Assembly: GCA_033442325.1 (NCBI GenBank)
Contig: JAWQFM010000031.1
Span: forward strand, 338,395-348,035
Reading direction: 5' to 3'
Length of the DNA stretch: 9,641 nucleotides
Source: Salpingoeca rosetta
Lineage: Eukaryota > Protista > Choanoflagellata
A program made the position numbers and the translations under genes. Positions 1-8,495 of the stretch are shown here, piece after piece. The notes below the pieces were generated by a model. That model made no database searches. It worked only from the letters and a program-made list of their open reading frames with translations, and had not been told where the DNA came from. Positions within the stretch are counted from its first letter, which is position 1. Each line of letters begins with the position of its first letter.

Positions 1-36
<36 letters not shown>

Positions 37-48
37 CACACACACACA

Positions 49-79
<31 letters not shown>
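1..79. repeat. (CA)n microsatellite, intronic
   Basis: Near-perfect CA tract with two G interruptions. Confidence 0.97.
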
Positions 80-80
<1 letters not shown>

Positions 81-129
81 ACCTTTTTCACCCAATCCCC
101 TAAACCCCCGACCCCTCATTCCTGCTGAC

Positions 130-1085
130 CCGGGTGGACTGGAAGTGGATATAGTAGGTCCTGTTTTCCTCTGGCACGAGGAGCGCCACGCCGTTGTCGC
201 GATTCACACGATCACGGACGGGCCTGTTCTTCACCAGCTTCACCGACGCGCTGCTGTTCAGCGCCCGCAAGTCTCCGCGATTGCACGGCTTTGGCCACGG
301 GCGCAGAGTGGATGCGTGCATGGAGGCGAACATGTACATTCGTGTGTGTATGTGTGTGTGTGTGTGGTGGGGGGGGGGGTGCACGTGCACTCAAAGCTTC
401 ACAACAACCGCAACCAGAATAACAGCATACAACACAACACAACACAACACACAACACAACACAACACACCACAACACACGCACGCCCAAACACACCTGTG
501 CCAGGCAGAAAGGGGTGAGCGTGATGATGCCTTTGGGCGTTGTGGATTTCTCGTTCTTGTAGTATCTCAACGATGTCGCATTCAGCTTGAACAGCCGTTG
601 CTTCCACGTCGTGTGCGAGTACCCTGAATACACACACACCATACGATAGCGTATCAACAGTGAGCAATCAACAAACAGTACAGTGCCGGGCACATCACAA
701 TACAGCATAAAACCAAACTCCAACCGCAGAACATCACAATACAGTGCAAACCAAACTCCAACCAGAGAACATCACAATACAGCATACAACCAAACTCCAA
801 CCAGAGCACGTACATCACAGTGCAAACCAAACACCAACCACAGAGCGCAACAACAACGAAACAAAATCCCCCCCCCACACACACACGCGCCTTTCCGTTA
901 CGTTGCCACTTCTCGCAAACACGCCCATTTCCCTTCATTTCCTCACCCATCTTTGTGCCTTGCTGCGCCAGCTCAATGTGGCCTGCTCGCACAACCTGCG
1001 CCTGCGGTGCCACGCGCACCAACTCCAACACTGCCCTGCCGCGCACACCACCATCCGCCATTGTCGTCGAGTTGTTGTTGTTCAT
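130..1085 (-). CDS. PH-domain protein, 5' part; exons 1085..947, 623..496, 288..130, continuing beyond the left window edge
   Basis: Phase-consistent GT-AG junctions (ATGG|gtgagg..ttcag|GG; CAG|gtgtgt..caaag|CCG; CGG|gtcagc) give MNNNNSTTMADGG...VVRAGHIELAQQGTKMGYSHTTWKQRLFKLNATSLRYYKNEKSTTPKGIITLTPFCLAQPCNRG...NGVALLVPEENRTYYIHFQSTR. WKxRxFxL, LxYYK, PKGxIxL and RTYY match PH strands b1-b7. The C-terminal helix would lie outside the window. Start uncertain (ATG at 1085 or 1061, or an upstream exon). Confidence 0.85.
428..479. repeat. (ACAAC)n pentanucleotide repeat, intronic
   Basis: acaacacaacacaacacaac... next to the donor at 495. Confidence 0.9.
692..846. repeat. 38-39 bp minisatellite, 4 copies, in intron 624..946
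   Basis: Units at 692, 731, 769 and about 808; consensus acatcacaatacag(cata/tgca)..accaaactccaacc.ga. Confidence 0.92.
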
Positions 1086-1207
1086 CGTCGTCGTGTTCCA
1101 GCTGTTTGCTGAATTTCGTACAAAAATATCCACCAATCCTCACAAACCGCAGCGTCAAACCAACGAAGAGCACTGGACACCTGGTGCGTGGTCGGAGCAG
1201 CAGAGCC

Positions 1208-4200
1208 TCAGCGCGTAGGCGCGTTGCTTGCAGCCAGCAGAGCATCCACACGCTCAAGCTTGTCGATTGCCGCATCAACCAGCGAGACAGGGCATCCGAG
1301 TGCCCATCCCACACCTGACCCTGACCGATAACGCCGCAGCGCACCAGGCGCGGCCTGTCAGTGCACGAAATTGTTCGTGCTGTTTGGCGTGTTTCGTTTC
1401 AGTCTTAACATCTAGTAACATGCATACATGTCAGCAGTCAACAAACAATGCAACAAACAAATGGCCAAACGAACAACTGAACAGCCTATGAACCGAAATC
1501 ACCCAACAGCAGCAAACAAAACAATTTGCACACACACACACACACACATCACAAGCCACCCGATCATGGTGGACGAACCCGACCCAAACCACCCATGCCT
1601 CCCAAGTGAGCTTGTGGAGAGTCAGCATGAGCAAAACTGGACAGCGTTGAGACAAAGTCAGACGATTGAAGCGAGGACGTTGATGACAACTTGATGGGAA
1701 TCTGCTCAACAAACTGACCAATCCCAGTGGCAGCGTCTTCGTGCGGGGCCCAGTGCTCACTGTAAAGGCCACTTGTGTCCTTCAACAGCTTCCCAAACTG
1801 CTGCAGGCGTTGGTGATCACGATGAGACAGTTTGGTCTTAACGTGGGCACCGGGGCGTTTTGTGCTTGAGGAGGAACGACGGCCCAGCGCACCACCGCCT
1901 TTATGACCACGAGCACCGACCGTGGAAGACAGCTCCCCCAACTGCACGTGGAAGGGTTGGGGTCGAGGTACTCTGTGAGCCAGTAGCAGCCACCGAGCAA
2001 ACGCTGGCGTTGCAGCGTACGTCGGACGGCTTTTGGAGTCAAATAGGGCACGAGAGGTCTTGGTCGTATGTGAGTGGGCCGGATGTTGAATGTGGGCAGA
2101 GAAAGGTTGTGTCCACATCCTCAGCGCACGTGAAGAGCTTTGTCGCACAGCCTCATTCAGGTTGCCCTCCTTCAATGCACGCACGCATTGCTTCAGGTGC
2201 ACATGCCCATACTTAAGCGCGTACCCCTCCACAAGGTCATGCATCTCGTGATCATGTGTCATGTCCTTCAGCCTTCGATCGCCATGCTCTTCGAGCAGGC
2301 CTCGCTCCTTCATCACACGCATAGACGCCTGCGCAAGGATGGCATCGCCCTCTCGCGTGTCCACCCAATGCGCTCCAGCTCGCCGTTGGTTCGTCAAGAA
2401 TGACATGAGGTTCTTGTCCAGTGGTTGTATGACGTCTGTAGATGCGTGGCCAGACGTCAAGAGAGGTGAGAGCTTTTCAAGCAGGCGCCGCGTGACGGCT
2501 TTGCTCTGGACCCGCTCACCGCCGCACAGCTCGTGAACGTCGCTGGCACGTAGCGGCTCCTTGCTTGCGGCCACCACCGCCAACGTTCCACGCAGCACGC
2601 CTTGTAACGCGTTCTTGACCTCTGTATCCCCACCAGCCGCTTCATCAAGCTGTGCCTGAATGCGGGAAAGCGTGTGCGCATATTGCCGCTCGGGTAGACT
2701 CAACTTGCTCTCCTCATCATCAGCCAAGATGCGGCGCACGTCCCCCATCGTGAGCGATCTTGTCGTCTCTGCCTCGGCTTCGTCAACAGCTCGGGAAATT
2801 GCACGGACAATTACAAACGCCTTGTCGCCATCGCCAGCGTTTGCTCGCCTCGAAACATAGCGAACGATCATGTCCACCACTCGGTCTTTGCCGTCACAGT
2901 CCAAAGAGCTCAGGCTTGTGAGCTGAACAATCTTCTCACGGGCAGTTGCCTGAAGATTTGCCTTGAGATGATCATCAGCGTTGACAGCGAGAGGATGCAT
3001 GCTGTTGAGCAACTCTGCCGTGTTTCCGTCTGGCGGGGACGTTACAACGAAGCGAACAGCCGATGGAAGGCGCTCCAAGAGTTGCAGCAGTTCTCGGGCG
3101 TCGTCGGCATGCAATTCGTCCACTGCATCCAATAGAATGATGACGCCATATTTTTGCGTGTGCGGGCGTTGCTTGCCAAGCATTGATTCCAGCGGATGAG
3201 CAAGCGCCACAGTCACGAGTTCCGACAAGGGACCCCGCTTCACACGCGTGAAGAACTTCTCCCACTGCTCCTCGTCTTGGGCAATACATGCATATTCTGC
3301 TCGCACTGCAGGAAGCCGCGAGGCCAGCGCGAATGCAAGGGTTGTGATGATCTTGTGCACGCTTTCGCGACAGGTCTCGTCGCGCTTGCAGAAGAAGTAG
3401 GTAGCAATATGTGGCGGTTGCAGTTCACCTGGATCATCACCACGCTGCTCGAAATGTCCAAATTGTCTGACCAGCTGCACGGCAGTCCCCGATCGCGCAA
3501 TGCTGCCCGTGCCCTGAATCCATAGCACGCGCCGCTCAGGGGCGGTTGACGGCAGCCTCAGCCACTCTTCGAAAGTTTCAAGCATCTTCAAGCGTGAACC
3601 TTGCAAGAGCAGACGGGTGTAGCTGTTGAGGTCCTGCGCAAAATCAGCTGGCTGCAGCAGAGATCTCAGCTTCGCCATGAGGTGATTGCCAATGGAGGGT
3701 GGTGGTGGTGGTGGTGGTGGGGCTGTCGAAGTTGAAGACATGGCTGTCACGGCTGAGGGTGCCGGCTTGACAGCGTGCACGACAGCTTCCGCCACAGACG
3801 CTGCGCCACCGAGAAAGGCTCTGAAGGCCAACACGCCCACGTCTTTGCCAGGGAACCAAGAACGCAGCTCGGGAATGTTAGTCAATTTCCTGCATTCGTC
3901 AAGGTGAAGCCGTTTCTTGTCATCTTGGATCCACTGATCCATGGCAAGCAAGAGGCGGTCAACCTTGATGTCATCATGCTGGTCAAACCCGTTCCAAGAC
4001 CAGAACGCGGGCGCGTCTTTAGCCTCCACATCAAAAAGGATGTTGAATGGGTGCCCTGAGTGGAGGACCAGCACGATGATACTAAGTGCAAGGACGAGCT
4101 GCCGCGATGCTTCCTGAAATGCCGCCAATTGGTCGGTGCAGTGTAACAGGGCAACGATGGTGCGCAAACCATGTGCCTTGTCCCTGTCAGTCACGAGCCG

Positions 4201-5120
4201 GAACGGACAAAACGTAAGCTGCAGTAAATCCTCAGCCTCATCTGACGCACAAGTGTCAATTGTGGCGAAGAAGTTCGCTCCCTTCTTGTTGATATGGCGT
4301 GCCAGGACTCGCATGCGCAGTGCAGGAGACACGTGAGGCACACGTGCTCCTGCGATAGCCTTGCACAGCTCAAGTGCAATCTTGGCAAGCCAAGCTGTCC
4401 CTGTGGTTGGCGTCAAGCAGTGGGGAATGACCCGCTTCACCTCCTTAAAGAGCAGGGTTCTCAGTTGTGATGACGCGATTGGTGAAGGCAAGTGCCAGTG
4501 CTCTAAAGCCTTGATTGCGACAGACAACTTCAAGCATAGAAGAGAGAACGAGGCAAACCCCCCAAGAAGCATGTGGAGATGTGAGCGGAAACGCGAGTGA
4601 TGGCATCTGCATCTGAAGGACAAGTGGAACCGAAGCAAGACAGCAACTTTGCTTGAGTGCGCCGGGAGCGCAAGCAACAATGCAGGCAGGCACAAGAACA
4701 ATGCCGTGATGTGGTGCGAGCAAAGCAATGCCAAGCAAAAGAGCAGGGATGAGGCTGTGGGTTTGCATTTACATGCACTGGAGACTGGACCCTGACGTCA
4801 ACAGAAGAACGCACTGGGTCGGTGGAAGGCAACAAAGCCTTGTATTGATCAATCAGCTTGCAGATGATGTGATCTTGTCCCAAGTGTCTCTGAACAGCAT
4901 CTTGAAGTGGCGTTAAGTCGCTCTCAATGTTTAAGAAAGGTGTATCCGATGTGGGTGGGCAGTATTGTTGAAGCTTGGATACAAGCTCTTTGCCAGTCTG
5001 CTGCACACGCCCAGGAACCCCGAACGTTGCTGATGCAACCACCATGACCTCCCTCTCGTCCAAGTGGACGAACGCATTCACAATCTTCGCGAACAAATCA
5101 TTCCGGGTCTCAGTCGCCAT
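1208..5120 (-). CDS. NLR-like STAND protein: death-fold(DED)-like N-terminus + unknown domain + degenerate NACHT + winged helix; exons 5120..4815, 4527..1579, 1354..1208 (about 1133 aa)
   Basis: ATG in AAGATGG context at 5120. Intron 4814..4528 (CCA|gtgcgt...tctcttctatgcttgaag|TTG, phase 0) joins ORFs 4530..5330 and 1564..4734. Intron 1578..1355 (CGG|gttcgt...ctgacag|GCC, phase 0) adds AAPGALRRY...VDAAIDKLERVDALLAASNAPTR*; if unspliced, the gene stops at 1564. NACHT motifs: GSRLKMLETFEEWL, VLWIQG, YFFCKRD, IITTLAFALA, VIILLDAVDE, RFVVTS, VVAASKEPL, YALKYGHVHL. Confidence 0.8.
1579..4527 (-). CDS. Large 2949-nt exon of the NLR-like gene containing the NACHT and winged-helix module
   Basis: Uninterrupted 983-codon frame. 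Degenerate Walker A at 3490..3513, Walker B hhhhDxxDE at 3115..3144, sensor-1 region at 3031..3057, winged-helix region about 2330..2600. Confidence 0.9.
3697..3720 (-). repeat. (CCA)7CCC coding octa-proline linker
   Basis: STAPPPPPPPPSIG immediately upstream of the NACHT domain. Confidence 0.95.
4815..5120 (-). CDS. First exon of the NLR-like gene, 102-aa helical DED/death-fold-like domain
   Basis: MATETRNDLFAKIVNAFVHLDEREVMVVASATFGVPGRVQQTGKELVSKLQQY...LTPLQDAVQRHLGQDHIICKLIDQYKALL. Length and amphipathic-helix spacing resemble DEDs. Ends at a gtgcgt donor. Confidence 0.6.
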
Positions 5121-5335
5121 CTTCTTCCTTGTTGGCGGTGAGGGATCGGAGAGCCACGATGGTTGTGTTCTTTCCTCAACGTGTGGTTGAAATGTGAGAA
5201 ATGTGGACTTCCTCCTTTCCTTCTCTTCGGTTTCATGCATTGATGGAACTGATTGTGGAACATTACGGGTGACATTCATAATCGTCAACGCGCACGACCT
5301 CATGTTTGTATGTTTTGGTCGCGCATACAAGGACT

Positions 5336-5348
5336 CACAGCTACACAG

Positions 5349-5445
<97 letters not shown>

Positions 5446-5545
5446 GCTACACAGCTACACAGCTACACAGACAGCTACACACGCACACACACAGCTACAC
5501 ACACATACAGCTACACACACACACACAGCTACACAGCACAACACA
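5336..5545. repeat. Compound (CA)n + (CACAGCTAC)-type repeat between genes A and B
   Basis: About 90 bp CA tract flanked on both sides by repeated acagctac units. Confidence 0.93.
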
Positions 5546-5569
5546 CGCCACGACACGTCATGTGTCACA

Positions 5570-6882
5570 TCACACGTCCTCGTCTTCGTCAGTAACGAGT
5601 CCGTCCACGAACATGTGTGCGAGCGGGTCGCCGTCCTTGCGTATGAGCACGTGCCGCAGCTGCGCCTTGACGCTCTCCTCGTTGGCGTACTCCGGCAGGG
5701 ACGCCGTCAGCAGCATCATCAGCACCTGCTTGATGGTCTTCTGCAGGCAGTGGTGCGGCGACGGGTGCCCGCCAACCAGCAGCTTGCGCGCCTGCTGCCC
5801 CGACGAGACGCGAGGCAGTGGCGACTTGGCTATCGTCGTCTTCGTTGTCGTCGCTGTGTTGGCGTCGGTCGCGTTGCTGGGCGAGACGGCTGTGTGCGTC
5901 AGGGTCTCCTTGCCCAGCAGCACGGCGTCCGTCCTGAAGCGGTAAAATGCCTTGGCGCGATCCTCAACACGCAACGCGGGCGTGGTGCTGGTGGCGGTGG
6001 AGAGAGATGAGGAGGAGGGTGATGACAGGGTGGATGTGCTCAAAGACGTGGCATCCTTGCCTGCAGGCACCAGCACTCCCGCATTCAACAGCTGCGACGC
6101 CACGGCCTGTGTATATGTGATTGTGTGCATGTGTGTGTGTGCGCACATGTGTGCACATGTGTGAGCGTGGGTGCATGCGCATGTGTGGGTGTGGGGGTGT
6201 GTGTGTCAGAACGACAAGCAACACCAATCAGCAGTGGTACACCAGACCACACCACAAGCAGACCACACACACACCACACACACACACATACACGCGCACA
6301 CACATACACACACACATACATACATACACACGCGCACACGTACCTGCGCGTTCTGGCGCTGCGTAACGGACGGCGGAAAGGTAACGCGACGGCGGATTTG
6401 GCGGCGGACACGCAGCACAATGTCACTCGGGCTGCAGTTGGGGAGCAGGAGGGAGGGACGAGAGGGATGGAGGAGGTTTAGGTGGGAATGGCGACATGTC
6501 GTGAGGCAGGAGTTCCGTGAAAAGAGCTCAGTCGTCACCAAACACAAACAAACAACCAACCAAACAACCAACCAAACAAACAAACAAACAAACAAACAAA
6601 CAAACAAACAAACAAACAAACAAACACGTGCCACTGCACCTGATGTGTGCAAATTCTGCAGACGTTGCGAGCGCCTCTGTGTGCGGGAGCGGCGTCAGCA
6701 GCAGCTGTTTCACGTCCTCCAGGCGACACGACTCCACATCCTGTCAACGAGGGCGCAGGGCATATGGTCGTGGTGGGCAGCGACGTGAGGGGAGAAGAAG
6801 AAGCAAATGGTGCGTCAAACATGACACTTGCACAAGGCGTGCAACTACGCGCAATTACACACACACACACACACACACACGC

Positions 6883-6913
<31 letters not shown>

Positions 6914-7952
6914 ACTCACACGCACACGCACACACGCTCAGCTCACCCGGCCGTTGATGGCGACGACGACGTCGTGTTTGCGCATTCCGGACACGTGTGC
7001 CGGCGACGCGCGGCGCAGATGGACGACTTCCGGCGATCCGGTCCGGTCCCGCCCAAACTCTATCCCGAGCCGCTCGCACACCGACGGCAGCGACTGGCAA
7101 CGTGCGTGTATGTGTGTGTATGTGTGTGTGTATGAGTGAGTGAGTGAGAGAGTGACCTCGGGCGTGCATTTGTGGGTACGTGATCGAAAACACATGCCTG
7201 CGTGCAATCACGTCGTGGTTGCTTCACGTATTGGGGCGGTGCACACTGCATGCAGTGTGCCATCACGAAGCACAGCACGTCATCTGCCAACAAGTGCCTC
7301 ACCTGTGGCACTGCGCGTGCGGGGATGACGATGGAGGTGTGCATGTGCTCAGGACCCGTCGTCGGCGTACGCGAGAGAGTGTCAAAGTCGCCATGATCCG
7401 AGATGGCCGTGATCAAATCCCTGAACACGCCAAGCACATGTGCTCAAGGTGAGAGGGCATGATAACAAGGAGGTGGCAGTTTCAACATCCGCGGCCAGAA
7501 ACCGACATCATGAACGCACGCACGCACACACACGCACGCAAACACACACACACACACACACACAACACGACGCAACCTAACACACCACATCCCCCAGCCC
7601 CTCAAACACACACACACATACACACACACACACACACACACATACACACACACACACACACACACGTCCGCGTTCACACTCACGCGCCGGGCACGACGGC
7701 GTCGTCGACGGAGAAGATGCCGATGTCGCGGACGAGGCGGCGGTCAATGAGGGCGATGTGCAACAGGTGCGACAGCAGCGACACGCCAGTGTGCTCATAC
7801 TGCATGTTGAGAGGTTGGGATGGATGGGAAGTGAGGGGTGGGGGATGGATGGGAGGTGAGGGTGGTGGAGGCGGTTTGTTTGTTGCAATAAATGGCCAGG
7901 ATTTGCAAGTCAAACCAGCAGCGAACACAACGCTTATGCACACACACACGCG

Positions 7953-8033
<81 letters not shown>

Positions 8034-8300
8034 CGCTGCCCTCCCCTCCCCTCCTCACACATCCCACAAAGCATCCGTGCTCACGTCCAGAACGTGTCTT
8101 GGGGCGAGTTCCGGCTCGCGCGCGTGGAAGAAGGATGTGAGGGAATCAAAGACGCTGGACAGGCGGTTTGCGACATCACGATTTAAGCGGAACAGCGCAT
8201 CTGTGGAGCGGACGACCGAGTTGACGGCCATGTCAAACACACGCCGCCACAGCCGCTGATAGTGTGTGTGTGTGTTTGTGTGTGTGTGTGTTTGTTTGTT

Positions 8301-8366
<66 letters not shown>

Positions 8367-8460
8367 AGTGTGCGCGCGCTACGAGCGAGGCAGTGTGAGC
8401 AAGAACGGATAGCTTGGGATAGCTGTGCTAACATCATGAACCACCTCAACCCAAGCGCAG

Positions 8461-8495
<35 letters not shown>

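Larger units (their letters stand above)
6390..7340 (-). other. PDZ domain spread over four exons of gene A
   Basis: bA TSIVI, carboxylate loop ERLGIEF, SPA..SGM..HD.VVAING.DV, helix LEDVKQLL, bF DIVLRVRR. Confidence 0.88.

Noticed and set aside
692-846. CRISPR-like array
   Set aside because: Units are contiguous with no unique spacers, lie in a spliceosomal intron, and no cas genes are present.
1290-1314. WD40 repeat suggested by VWDGHSDAL
   Set aside because: Single isolated GH motif with no repeat periodicity, in the less protein-like frame.
4528-4734. Hydrophobic signal-peptide-like N-terminus of the 1056-aa ORF (MALLCS...)
   Set aside because: Non-ATG start and pyrimidine-rich sequence. 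Better explained as intron ending at the acceptor at 4528.
4528-4814. Frameshift or pseudogene between ORFs 4530..5330 and 1564..4734
   Set aside because: A phase-0 GT-AG intron joins them cleanly.
1564-5330. Transposable element or endogenous virus as the source of the island
   Set aside because: No transposase, RT, integrase or capsid motifs, terminal repeats or target-site duplication seen.
1355-5575. NACHT gene nested in one giant intron of a single MUN-PH host gene
   Set aside because: Gene A has a natural stop after a MUN-like terminal motif, and exon 1354..1208 fits gene B in phase. Not fully excluded without cDNA.
7198-7302. In-frame extension of exon 7420..7303 to a GC donor (adds 35 aa)
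   Set aside because: The strong CAG|gtgagg donor at 7302 already gives a correctly spaced PDZ.
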